Source: a virus. Taken from it: 64,000 bases of DNA. Made by a program: the position numbers and the translations under genes. The notes beneath the pieces were generated by a model. That model saw nothing but the letters and a program-made list of their open reading frames with translations, was not told the DNA's origin and made no database searches. This document shows positions 30,314-39,342 of this stretch, piece by piece (position 1 is the first letter of the stretch; every line of letters begins with the position of its first letter). Location of the stretch: positions 96,001 to 160,000 of the IMG/VR virus record IMGVR_UViG_3300010224_000001. One strand, given 5' to 3'.

Positions 30314-31099
30314 ATGAGTAACTTCCACCTGATACGGACTTTGAAAGACACAGTTATTAAACTGCTGACACGCTCTACACCTTCGTTGATTAAATTCGCT
30401 TGTAGCCGGGGCGGTTATTATGTAGCCACTCCAGTTACTACTGCGCGCGAACTCGTTCCTAACTTTGTTAAGGAGCAGATTCGTAATGCAAAGGCAGCGA
30501 ATAACGGCACTGGTAAAGCGATAGCTAAGTTTGTGCGTTGTCCAGGCATGCATGACTTATCTCAGCAAGGTTATTTGGTCTACGCCCATACCGACATCCA
30601 CATCATGGCTAGTAAACACACCGTCGTGGTGGATACGCCATTGGTGCCAGCTGCGGAACTGGGCTGTAAGCCAATGGACTTTGAAGTTGTGGATGGGTTA
30701 GCACCTATTCCCGACAACGTCAAGAAGGGTGTGTTCAAAGTTCCGTGTCCGTGGGGGGTTCATACCGACCCTGGTTACTCAGCACATGTTCTCCCTGCCT
30801 TCTATCACTTCCCGTACTTTGATAAAGTGTATGTGTATCCAGGCACGGTAGACTACGATGATTTCCATACGTTGAATTTCATCATCAGTCCGATCGCGCA
30901 GTGTGATTTCGTTATTCCGGCAGGTACACCTTTATTGCAAATCATTCCGTTTAAGCGAGAAGATTTCCATGGCACTTCAGGTCCGGCTTCGGACATTGAA
31001 CGGGACCGTCTTTTGTTTGGCTTCCCGAGCCGTGTTAAGGGTGCTTATCGTCGACTGTTTTTCAAGAAGAAGACATTCACCATTGAGGTTACTAAATGA
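30314..31099 (+). CDS. DUF6065-like protein B (paralog of A)
   Basis: RCPGMHDLSQQGY...PWGVHTDPGYS...VDYD...IPAGTPLLQIIPFKR. Confidence 0.6.
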   Translation: MSNFHLIRTLKDTVIKLLTRSTPSLIKFACSRGGYYVATPVTTARELVPNFVKEQIRNAKAANNGTGKAIAKFVRCPGMHDLSQQGYLVYAHTDIHIMASKHTVVVDTPLVPAAELGCKPMDFEVVDGLAPIPDNVKKGVFKVPCPWGVHTDPGYSAHVLPAFYHFPYFDKVYVYPGTVDYDDFHTLNFIISPIAQCDFVIPAGTPLLQIIPFKREDFHGTSGPASDIERDRLLFGFPSRVKGAYRRLFFKKKTFTIEVTK

Positions 31100-31551
31100 C
31101 CACCATTATTTACTTCTACACTGACCGTACGTTAAAGACGGCGACGTGGGCGGGTCCAATGCCTGAAGTGTGGGAAAAGATTTCTGGCTTAACGCCGGAT
31201 AACTACAACGACGCCCGTGAGCTGAGCTGGGCCGGTGCTGAGTACGCGGGTAAAGGTTTCATGACGCGTCAAGATGCTCTCGACCAAGGCGTTATCTCAA
31301 ACGTTCTGGACGACCTGACTCAGACCGCCTACGACTTTGAATGGTCGCGCCTGGATCCGATCCGTCAACAACTGATCAGCGACATCCAATGGCGTATTGA
31401 TCGTTACAATAGTTACGTCCGTCAAAGCTTGACTCCTCCGGAACCCGTCGAACCTTTGGATGCGTATGTGCAAGCAATTCGTGACTTGAGTACCCTTTAC
31501 ACGAATCCGTTTGACATCGTATGGCCTACAGTGCCTCCGCTTCCGGCATAA
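31096..31551 (+). CDS. tail fibre assembly chaperone (Tfa-like)
   Basis: R..L...W...YVQAIRDL...FDIVWPTVP C-terminal motif. Confidence 0.75.
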   Translation: MTTIIYFYTDRTLKTATWAGPMPEVWEKISGLTPDNYNDARELSWAGAEYAGKGFMTRQDALDQGVISNVLDDLTQTAYDFEWSRLDPIRQQLISDIQWRIDRYNSYVRQSLTPPEPVEPLDAYVQAIRDLSTLYTNPFDIVWPTVPPLPA

Positions 31552-31569
31552 TAGCAAAACATACCTTGC

Positions 31570-31602
31570 GCCAGAGCGATTGTGGTCGCTCTGGCTTTTA
31601 TG
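31570..31602 (+). terminator. intrinsic terminator overlapping TATG late-type motif
   Basis: GCCAGAGCGA-TTGTGG-TCGCTCTGGC-TTTTATG. Confidence 0.65.
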
Positions 31603-31650
31603 CGATCTGTTTATAAATATTTTTTTACTTTAGCGGTAGGAGAGTTTTAG

Positions 31651-32712
31651 ATGGCACCTGTCCCAATTAAATACCCTCTTGATCCGACTGGCATTTCTCC
31701 GGCTAACTTAGTGCAGGGAGAAGCAAAGACACTTAACAATGCCAAGATCAGGGTGTTTGGAACGCTATACGGTCCGTTCTTTACCGAGTCATTAGTAGTG
31801 AAAGATGCTGCTAACGGTCGCGTATTGACTCGGGATGTGGATTACTACGCAACAGAGATGTATCAATTGCCGACAGAAATGTACGGTAAAGAAATCTGTG
31901 CAATTATCATTATCACCAATCAAACGGTCAGTCCCAATGTGACTGTTGATTATCAAGTGTTAGGCGGTGAGTTCAGTTATTCGTACGATGCAATCGTGCA
32001 GTTAATCACCAAACTGAATCTGGATAACCGTCCTGTCGCTTGGGGTAACTTGATTGACAAACCCGACGCATTTGAACCGGCTCCGCACTTACATGACGCG
32101 GGTGACGTTTACGGTATGGAATATATCGTCACGGCGTTAGAACGGGTAGCGCAAGCAATTCAGATTGGTTCACTGCCGGGCGAATCGAAGATCTACGGGT
32201 ACATGGATTCGCAAATCCAAGCATTGTACAAAGCACTGAATGACTTTGCAACCTCGACCCAAACCAAAGCTTCTGTTCTCAGAGCGCTTGGTTATACCCC
32301 GGCTGATAAAGCAGGCGATACCTTCACTGGTGCCGTTACCTTGACTAAAGGTCTGAACTTAGCCAGTTACTTAAAAGAATCAATCGTGCAGGTGGAAGCA
32401 CGTGGTTCGGAAACAGTGCTGGACTTAAGCGCTGGTAGTATCTTCTTCATCAAAGTCTACGCAAGTAGCGGTATTCGTTTCGATACCTCCAAGATCACTG
32501 GTATTGGTCCGAACGATTCGATCAGCTTTACGGTGGTGATTGTCAATGCTGTCGCCAATGCTGGTATTTCGTTTGTGAATACCGTGGCTTGGTCAGGTGG
32601 TAACATTCCGCCTCGTACAGTAACTTTGAATGGACGCGATGAATACTACTTCAGTACCTTCAATAGCGGAGCTAGCTATACTGGATCGCTGTCTGATCAA
32701 GACGTGAAGTAA
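31651..32712 (+). CDS. tail fibre anchor/adaptor protein 2
   Basis: YPLDPTGISPANLVQGE N-domain; ALGYTPADKAGDTFTG; C-terminal domain paralogous to that of 25785..27026. Confidence 0.75.
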   Translation: MAPVPIKYPLDPTGISPANLVQGEAKTLNNAKIRVFGTLYGPFFTESLVVKDAANGRVLTRDVDYYATEMYQLPTEMYGKEICAIIIITNQTVSPNVTVDYQVLGGEFSYSYDAIVQLITKLNLDNRPVAWGNLIDKPDAFEPAPHLHDAGDVYGMEYIVTALERVAQAIQIGSLPGESKIYGYMDSQIQALYKALNDFATSTQTKASVLRALGYTPADKAGDTFTGAVTLTKGLNLASYLKESIVQVEARGSETVLDLSAGSIFFIKVYASSGIRFDTSKITGIGPNDSISFTVVIVNAVANAGISFVNTVAWSGGNIPPRTVTLNGRDEYYFSTFNSGASYTGSLSDQDVK

Positions 32713-32721
32713 GGAGTCATT

Positions 32722-34284
32722 ATGCCAACTCTCGCTGGTAGAAAGCGCAGGGAAAGAACCAATGCCTCTTCGGTGAATCCGTCCATGGTGTATAATTCAC
32801 CGGGTGTCTATCAACCAAAATACGGTAAGATAAAGATCTACGTATCAGGTCATGGCTCACCAGGCAATTCACCAACACCGGCAACGATTGCTAACTACAA
32901 TGCACCGACGCCTGGAACTGTCGCTGGTTATAATCCAACGACACCAGGCACAGCAGTCTACAACTCGCCAATCCCTGGCAATGTTGCGTACAACCCACCT
33001 AGTGGTGGTAATTTAGCAGGAACTAATCCACCTACTGAAGTACCGCAAACAGCAACCGCTGTGATTAACTATTCCACTGGTAACCCAACCAGCTATGATA
33101 GTTATACTTACGTAGTGCCTACGCAATGGCCACCGTATACGGTGTATCAGCAACACAACACGAATACAGGTAGTCCCGCAGGTGGTTACGAGTATCAGAT
33201 CTGGACCTTAAGTCAAAGTCCAGTGCCTGGTAATGCGTATTACAATCCAGTTGTGCCTGGAACGAAATATACCAATCCGCCAACTCCTGGCACGATTGCG
33301 TATAATCCACCGACACCTGGTAACGCGTACTATAACCCGGCCACTTACACTCCAGAAAGTTACTCGCCTGGATATGTGGTGCCTGGTAATTACGTGGCTG
33401 GTAATACTAACCCGCCGACGGCTGTACCTGGTAACTATGTGCCTGCGTCGTACACGCCTGGTAATACTGTTCCTGGTAACACGAACCCAGGAACCTATAC
33501 CCCTGGTAATACTGTGGCGGGCACAACTAACCCCGGCACTTACACCCCAGGGAACACGAACGCGCCCGTGTATTCGCCAGGTAATTATAATGGTTACCCA
33601 GGGTACAACGGTCCTGTGTATTTGTCGCAGGATATGTCCACCTTTGCTAATCAAACCTGTCCGATTGGTTGGTCATATTGGGTGCAGTGGGATCCTGAAG
33701 GTGGCAACTATAACCAAGAGATTTGCCGAACATACATCGAGGGCAATACCAATCCGCCGACGTATAGCGCAGGTTATGCGAATCCAGGTACGTACACTCC
33801 AGGTAATACCAACAATGCGTACACCAACCCGGCCACCTATACACCAGGTAACACGAATCCTACTACGATGAATTCGAGTTACTACGTTCCGGCTTACACC
33901 AATCCGACAACGTATACTCCCGGCACTACAAATAGTGGTTACAACAATACCACTTACGTGCCACCGACGTACGTAGCTTCCAAGTACACTCCAGGTAACT
34001 TGACGTATAACCCTGCAACACCGGGTAACGCTATGTATAACCCGTCAACGCCGGGTACTGCATACTACAACCCGACATCACCGGGTAATGCCAACTACAA
34101 TCCGGCTATTCCTGGTAACGCTGGTGCTGACTTTACTGCTATGGGAGTGACCTTCCCAGGCGGTCCAGTTGGCACTCCGGCGCAGGTAATCAGTGATACT
34201 TTGGTAACAGTGCCGTATACCAATACGACTGTGCCTGTTCCGGTTGGACCTGGTGGACAAGTTGTTGTTAAAGAAACATGGTAA
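32722..34284 (+). CDS. Pro/Gly/Asn/Thr/Tyr-rich repeat fibre protein 2
   Basis: same terminal segments (NSPG.YQPK.GK.K.YVSG.G; GVTFPGGPVG) and repeat types as fibre 1. Confidence 0.7.
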   Translation: MPTLAGRKRRERTNASSVNPSMVYNSPGVYQPKYGKIKIYVSGHGSPGNSPTPATIANYNAPTPGTVAGYNPTTPGTAVYNSPIPGNVAYNPPSGGNLAGTNPPTEVPQTATAVINYSTGNPTSYDSYTYVVPTQWPPYTVYQQHNTNTGSPAGGYEYQIWTLSQSPVPGNAYYNPVVPGTKYTNPPTPGTIAYNPPTPGNAYYNPATYTPESYSPGYVVPGNYVAGNTNPPTAVPGNYVPASYTPGNTVPGNTNPGTYTPGNTVAGTTNPGTYTPGNTNAPVYSPGNYNGYPGYNGPVYLSQDMSTFANQTCPIGWSYWVQWDPEGGNYNQEICRTYIEGNTNPPTYSAGYANPGTYTPGNTNNAYTNPATYTPGNTNPTTMNSSYYVPAYTNPTTYTPGTTNSGYNNTTYVPPTYVASKYTPGNLTYNPATPGNAMYNPSTPGTAYYNPTSPGNANYNPAIPGNAGADFTAMGVTFPGGPVGTPAQVISDTLVTVPYTNTTVPVPVGPGGQVVVKETW

Positions 34285-34339
34285 TAAATGCATGATGTTT
34301 ATGTAGAGCAACTTTTATTAACGTTTTAAGGACCGCAAA

Positions 34340-34537
34340 ATGAGGTACGGACTCATGTACGAAGGCGAGGTAGTCTCAATCTTTAAGCCTCCCGCCGGAC
34401 GGACTATCAACGACGTCATGACTGATGAGCGTGCGGAGGAGTACGTGAGTATTCCTGACCACGTTACAGTCGGTTATAAACAAACCCTGGATGGGAAGTG
34501 GGTTCCTCCCGATAGCACACTTCCTGATCCAGCTTAA
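34340..34537 (+). CDS. small tail-fibre-associated protein
   Basis: 65 aa with AAGGA RBS; YGLMYEGEVV...VTVGY...DGKWVPP pattern typical of fibre accessory proteins. Confidence 0.55.
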   Translation: MRYGLMYEGEVVSIFKPPAGRTINDVMTDERAEEYVSIPDHVTVGYKQTLDGKWVPPDSTLPDPA

Positions 34538-34552
34538 GAATAGGAGTGAAGA

Positions 34553-34933
34553 ATGGAATCACGATTCTTTGGTATTCGTCAATCCACCTGGCAAGAGATT
34601 CGCTACATGGCACTGCGTAGCATCTTCCTAGGCTTCTTAACGATTGCTGGTTTCGCCCTACTGGACTATCTGGTAGAAAGCGGTGCTGCTGATCGTTTCG
34701 CCCTGGTGCATCGTTTCCCTGAGTTCATCCTGATGATGAGTGCGGCTGCTAAGCTGACCTTTATCAAGATGTCGCTCTACTGGATTCGTTTAGGTACGCA
34801 AGTGCGCAATGTTAAGCAAGATGCAATTGAATCTGCGAACAGAACGCCGCTGAGTGCTGCAATTGTGTATGCTACCAATACTGTTGGCGCGTTAGCACAC
34901 ATTGCCGTATTCCTCTTGCTGATGTATCTGTGA
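34553..34933 (+). CDS. putative holin
   Basis: 126 aa, about 3 hydrophobic segments, overlaps the endolysin start. Confidence 0.55.
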   Translation: MESRFFGIRQSTWQEIRYMALRSIFLGFLTIAGFALLDYLVESGAADRFALVHRFPEFILMMSAAAKLTFIKMSLYWIRLGTQVRNVKQDAIESANRTPLSAAIVYATNTVGALAHIAVFLLLMYL

Positions 34934-35628
34934 TGGGTAAGTTCTTCGACAAGCTCATTATAGGGTTGACGCTCTTCTTCCATTTGACTATGGTGTTCGG
35001 AGCGTCAACCCTACCGGGTGACTCGGCAAGACTCCTGCCAGTTTTAAATAACGAAATCACAACCTTCTGGCCTACTCTTACACCCCGCACTTTTCCTGCT
35101 GGTGTGATCGATCAAGAAAGTAACTGGAAGGTCAGAGCGACTCTGAAAACTTCCCGTGAACTTGGTTGTGGATTAGGTCAATTTACGATTGCGTATGATG
35201 CGAATGGTAAACCACGCTTTGATGCTTTAACAGAAACCAAACAACTTAACTCTAATTTGAAAGGGTGGAGTTGGAGTGACTGTTATAACGAAGAGTATCA
35301 GATGCGTGGTGTACTAACTAAGCTTCGTGTAAATGACCGTAACTGTACCGGACTCATGCGTGATAATCGCGAGATTAAAGCGTGTGCAGCTGCGCAGTAT
35401 AATGGCGGCGCAGGAAGTGTCGCAAAACGCATCAGAACGTGCCGTATGACGCCTGGATGCGATTCCCGTGTATGGTTTGACAACTTGGACAAACAGTGCC
35501 CACAATCGACTGTAAAGGTCGCAGGGTACGGTGAGTCGTTTTGTGAAATCAACAGTAAGTATCCGTCTCGGGTATTTAATCGCATGACTAAGTTTGAGGG
35601 TTTCTTTTCAAAAGAAACAAAAAAATAA
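34930..35628 (+). CDS. lytic transglycosylase (SLT-type) endolysin with N-terminal signal sequence
   Basis: IDQESNW catalytic ES, GLGQF and AQYNGG motifs. Confidence 0.85.
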   Translation: MMGKFFDKLIIGLTLFFHLTMVFGASTLPGDSARLLPVLNNEITTFWPTLTPRTFPAGVIDQESNWKVRATLKTSRELGCGLGQFTIAYDANGKPRFDALTETKQLNSNLKGWSWSDCYNEEYQMRGVLTKLRVNDRNCTGLMRDNREIKACAAAQYNGGAGSVAKRIRTCRMTPGCDSRVWFDNLDKQCPQSTVKVAGYGESFCEINSKYPSRVFNRMTKFEGFFSKETKK

Positions 35629-35634
35629 AGACAG

Positions 35635-35682
35635 CGACATAGAGCCAGCTACCTCCTTGCGGGGGTAGCTGGACTTATGCCG
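35635..35682. terminator. intergenic stem-loop between convergent genes (CATA...TATG family)
   Basis: GACATAGAGCCAGCTACCTCC-TTGC-GGGGGTAGCTGGACTTATGCC. Confidence 0.7.
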
Positions 35683-35683
35683 T

Positions 35684-36058
35684 TTAGTCGATGTTGTAAG
35701 CTTCACGCAGCTGACGCATATGGTGGCCACCGTCACGGTATTCGACAGTGATATCGCGAGCGATCTCGACGTCACTCATGCCTTGCTTGCGGCGTGCTGC
35801 AACGTATTTGGCGCGCGCATCGCCGAACTGTTTGCTGAGAACGCTGATGGTTTCGTCCTCTTCGGTTACCGTTGCATCAGGCTTCAGTTCTGCCACCACT
35901 TTGATCCAGATAGCGGATTTCTTGTCATCGCAGGTATGGCCGATGATTTTCCAACCAGCCATGGTCAGTCTGACGATCTCAGCGTGCGTTTCTTCCAACA
36001 CACCTGGTGGAGATTTGAGATCGGGCACTTCCATGATTTTCATTTCACACAGGGACAT
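35684..36058 (-). CDS. hypothetical protein
   Basis: ORF with AAGGA RBS in leftward accessory block. Confidence 0.65.
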   Translation of the reverse strand: MSLCEMKIMEVPDLKSPPGVLEETHAEIVRLTMAGWKIIGHTCDDKKSAIWIKVVAELKPDATVTEEDETISVLSKQFGDARAKYVAARRKQGMSDVEIARDITVEYRDGGHHMRQLREAYNID

Positions 36059-36082
36059 GATACTTTCCTTTCTAATTGATTG

Positions 36083-36520
36083 TTATTTATTCAGCAGATT
36101 TTTATCGAAGATCATACCGACGAGATTGTCGAGTTCTTCGATGGCGACATTCTTTTCGTTCTTAGCTTTTGTCAATTCTTCCATATGGAAACCGCTAGAA
36201 CTAATAGCCATGCGAACCTCCATACAGAGCACGATGTTCATTCGCACACCGTCGATCATTACTGCCGGTTCAGATTCAACCATACTACCCGGTAAACCTG
36301 GATGTCCGATAAAGAGACCGATGTTAACCAACGGATCCTTATCAATCAACTGAACCAAGGTCATTGCATTCTGACGATAATGGTAGAATACCGTTAGGTC
36401 AGTTGTACCATTATCGCGAATGATGTCGCTATTTGAAGCGATATCGAGGAGTAAGACTTCGCGTAAGCAGTCGAGTTGTTGCTGATTCAGGTCATGTCCG
36501 TTAATACTTACAGAACGCAT
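36083..36520 (-). CDS. hypothetical protein
   Basis: ORF with GGGG RBS; N-terminus resembles that of 37541..38077 (V.ING..L). Confidence 0.65.
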   Translation of the reverse strand: MRSVSINGHDLNQQQLDCLREVLLLDIASNSDIIRDNGTTDLTVFYHYRQNAMTLVQLIDKDPLVNIGLFIGHPGLPGSMVESEPAVMIDGVRMNIVLCMEVRMAISSSGFHMEELTKAKNEKNVAIEELDNLVGMIFDKNLLNK

Positions 36521-36530
36521 ACAGTTCCCC

Positions 36531-36842
36531 TTATTTAACCGTTACATTGTTGAACCAGTAATGCCAGTGAGCAGACTGTGAACACGATGACCATTCGATG
36601 CGGATCACGTTGTCATCATTATCGCCCGTTTTGTTATACTTCGCATCGACTATGCCAGTATCGCCATCGCAACCGACGACTTCCATACCGATCCAAATTT
36701 CATCGTACGGAACTTCGGACAACTTCTTGCCGGAATGAACACTTACCAGTTCCAAACCGGCTTCACGTAGTCCATCACGAAGTTGTTTTGGAGTCAACCC
36801 TTCGATGGTCCTTAAAGCGCGTTGTAAGAAGACGTCGTTCAT
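36531..36842 (-). CDS. hypothetical protein
   Basis: ATGA-coupled ORF. Confidence 0.6.
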   Translation of the reverse strand: MNDVFLQRALRTIEGLTPKQLRDGLREAGLELVSVHSGKKLSEVPYDEIWIGMEVVGCDGDTGIVDAKYNKTGDNDDNVIRIEWSSCSQSAHWHYWFNNVTVK

Positions 36843-37096
36843 GATTTGAGGTCAATCAAAATGTAATCGTCATAATCACTACCATCGTACCGATCGTAAT
36901 AGATCGCGCGGGTGTGGATCTTTTCCGACGTAATGACAAGATCGTCGAGCGTAGCACTCGGCCATTTACGTTTCGCGATATCGAGCAGATCAGCCATCGT
37001 GTTGTCCATACCGCTCAGGACGTAGATCCGGGTATCCGTATCGTCCGGAGTGAAGTCCCAGCACTCTTGCGTACCTTCACGCAATTGTTTACCCAT
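36839..37096 (-). CDS. hypothetical protein
   Basis: ORF with AAGGA RBS. Confidence 0.65.
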   Translation of the reverse strand: MGKQLREGTQECWDFTPDDTDTRIYVLSGMDNTMADLLDIAKRKWPSATLDDLVITSEKIHTRAIYYDRYDGSDYDDYILIDLKS

Positions 37097-37111
37097 GATG
37101 ATGTTCCTTTC

Positions 37112-37537
37112 TTAGTTGTTTAATTGCTGTTCGAGGAGATTGATGAGATGTTCGATGTTGGAGAATTCCTCGCTATCTTCGGCATTGCTATTACGATACC
37201 ACACCAAAGCAGCATGCAATCGCTTTTCATCATCTTTCGACAGACGCATTGCGGTGTCGCCCAGCCAACTCAATACCGAGTTACTTTCATCGGTATCAGC
37301 ACGGATGCCATCAAAGCGTTCCATAAGAACAAAGACAGCCCGTCGTTCTTTGATGGTTTTTTCACGCTGGACCTCCATCACTTCTTTACCAGCAGCCATT
37401 TCGATAGCTGCCGACATTTCCGAGATGTGGCGAATCAATACTGGCCGCATCCGCTTTGCTACTTGCGGCTCAATAATCCAACCATGGATTGACAGCTGAA
37501 TGTTTCCGGAATAATCTTTATCGATCTTAACGCTCAT
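37112..37537 (-). CDS. hypothetical protein
   Basis: ORF with GGAG RBS. Confidence 0.65.
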   Translation of the reverse strand: MSVKIDKDYSGNIQLSIHGWIIEPQVAKRMRPVLIRHISEMSAAIEMAAGKEVMEVQREKTIKERRAVFVLMERFDGIRADTDESNSVLSWLGDTAMRLSKDDEKRLHAALVWYRNSNAEDSEEFSNIEHLINLLEQQLNN

Positions 37538-37540
37538 GCC

Positions 37541-38077
37541 TTACTCCCTTAATTCACGCACCATGCGGCCAGTCGGAACACCTTTCGACACCTCACGTTT
37601 CCAACCATCGTTTGGTGGCGGGTCCGTGTGAATGCGTGACAGATCAGCTTGTGTCATGTGACGATATTCGAAATTCTGTTTACCGTCACCCAGATGGAGT
37701 TTGAAATTCTCCATCACCTTTTTGTGTTCAGGCGGACATTCTTTCATTTTACTGTAGATGTCCCAAGCGACTTCGATTACTGCAACATACTGGTCCGGTA
37801 AATCCAGATCAGCAATTGTGATCTTTCTCCGGCGGTCGTAATTGAGGAAGGTAGTCGCATCTTCGGGAGAAGGTCCTTCAATGCCGGTGTCGAAGAAGTT
37901 GAGAAGATGCAGCAAGCGGCGCCGTTGCAAAGCAGCTTCCAATACCTTCTGCATACCGCTGAAGATCCCGACGTCAACCATCAGAATCAAAGCCAGTACC
38001 TCTTCCAAGGCACGCCGGAATACCGCCCTCGAATTCTCATCGAGAGTGATGCCGTTAATGCGAACAGTACTAAACAT
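37541..38077 (-). CDS. hypothetical protein
   Basis: ORF with AGGAGG RBS. Confidence 0.7.
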   Translation of the reverse strand: MFSTVRINGITLDENSRAVFRRALEEVLALILMVDVGIFSGMQKVLEAALQRRRLLHLLNFFDTGIEGPSPEDATTFLNYDRRRKITIADLDLPDQYVAVIEVAWDIYSKMKECPPEHKKVMENFKLHLGDGKQNFEYRHMTQADLSRIHTDPPPNDGWKREVSKGVPTGRMVRELRE

Positions 38078-38086
38078 TTAACCTCC

Positions 38087-38395
38087 TTAACTGATGTTGA
38101 CAGATACAGCAGTGCTGACAGTCGCTGGATTAACTTCAATCGCAACGAACTCGTCTTTACTGTAGCTGGTAAGACTGGTTTTGGTACGTTTCTCGATTTC
38201 AGTCACCCATTCAGTTTTGTCAAGGAATGCTTGATAACTGATGTAGGAGAACGAAGAAGGAGAATCGCCTGGGTCATAACCTGGCTCGGTGCCAGTGCTC
38301 GTAGTGATGATCGCCCAATGTTTTTCCTTGGGAATGTCTTTCGAATTAGAGCAGTAAAATTTAGTACGTTGAGGTTGTGGATTACTGAAATTCAT
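38087..38395 (-). CDS. hypothetical protein
   Basis: ORF with AAGGA RBS. Confidence 0.65.
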   Translation of the reverse strand: MNFSNPQPQRTKFYCSNSKDIPKEKHWAIITTSTGTEPGYDPGDSPSSFSYISYQAFLDKTEWVTEIEKRTKTSLTSYSKDEFVAIEVNPATVSTAVSVNIS

Positions 38396-38406
38396 GCTTA
38401 ATTTCC

Positions 38407-38910
38407 TTATGCCGCCAGCTCGAAACGCTTTGCGTCGAATTGGAATTGACGACCATTTGCTTTGAGCACGATGATGAATGGACGATTGACGTTAGTGCGG
38501 TCCATCATGGTAACGATGTCTCCCCATTTCAGACCACCATCGCACGGTTCGCCATCTTCTTCCGTAACCCAGACAGCGCGCAGCTTGTCGTCCTTCTTGA
38601 AGACTTGAGGTTGGACAACACGAATGGAATCCGGCTCGTAAACATCTTTGTAACCTTGCGGATACTTCTCGCTCGGATCGTAGTGAACCACGTATGGGCA
38701 ACGCGCACTACTGTAGAAACCCGAAACAAGACCGCCCAGGAGACCAGCCTTACTAGCCAGCTCGATTGCCTCAGCAGGCTTCTCTTCCAGGTACGAATTA
38801 GGTTGCGCACCGTTGTACGCAACGATGACGCCTTTACCATGGGTGTTCGGACCACCGTCGAAGTGAGTGACGCGAGTACCGATCGGAAGAAGTTCGTTAT
38901 TGGTGTTCAT
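38407..38910 (-). CDS. hypothetical protein (SH3-like segments)
   Basis: ORF with AAGGA RBS. Confidence 0.65.
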   Translation of the reverse strand: MNTNNELLPIGTRVTHFDGGPNTHGKGVIVAYNGAQPNSYLEEKPAEAIELASKAGLLGGLVSGFYSSARCPYVVHYDPSEKYPQGYKDVYEPDSIRVVQPQVFKKDDKLRAVWVTEEDGEPCDGGLKWGDIVTMMDRTNVNRPFIIVLKANGRQFQFDAKRFELAA

Positions 38911-38921
38911 GCATGTTCCTT

Positions 38922-39296
38922 TCAGTCGTATTTATAGCCAGTAGGTTCTTTGATTTCGCCATGGATTGGATAGGATTCCAGAGGTTCGAGCACGACCCTC
39001 ATCACCACAGCTTTACCTTCAGCTTTAGGTTTCTTATTGTCGATGTCGAGTGCGCCTTGAACATCAGTGTCGGGGAACAACGTACCACCGCTAAGTACCC
39101 GCGGCGACTGCTTAGCTTTCTCGCTCAAATCAACCGCGACAGCAACGGCATCTTCCTTCTTGTAGTGCACGTCTGCTTGAGACAATCTGCTAGGCCACCA
39201 CGGGCAGCCGCCAGAAGTACGATCGATGGCATGGAAACGTTTGACTTCATTGTTTTCGACGATTGCAACGACGAAGCATTCTTGATTGATATTCAT
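38922..39296 (-). CDS. hypothetical protein
   Basis: ORF with AAGGA RBS. Confidence 0.65.
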   Translation of the reverse strand: MNINQECFVVAIVENNEVKRFHAIDRTSGGCPWWPSRLSQADVHYKKEDAVAVAVDLSEKAKQSPRVLSGGTLFPDTDVQGALDIDNKKPKAEGKAVVMRVVLEPLESYPIHGEIKEPTGYKYD

Positions 39297-39342
39297 GATA
39301 AGTTCCTTGTAATTGATTATTAGGAGAGAGTGAAACTATTGA

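Noticed and set aside
27043-34284. Diversity-generating retroelement acting on the fibre knobs
   Set aside because: No reverse transcriptase in the window and no template/variable repeat pair differing only at adenines
27125-34311. Alternative-frame and antisense ORFs within the fibre genes
   Set aside because: Expected by-products of repetitive codons; no RBS or plausible protein features
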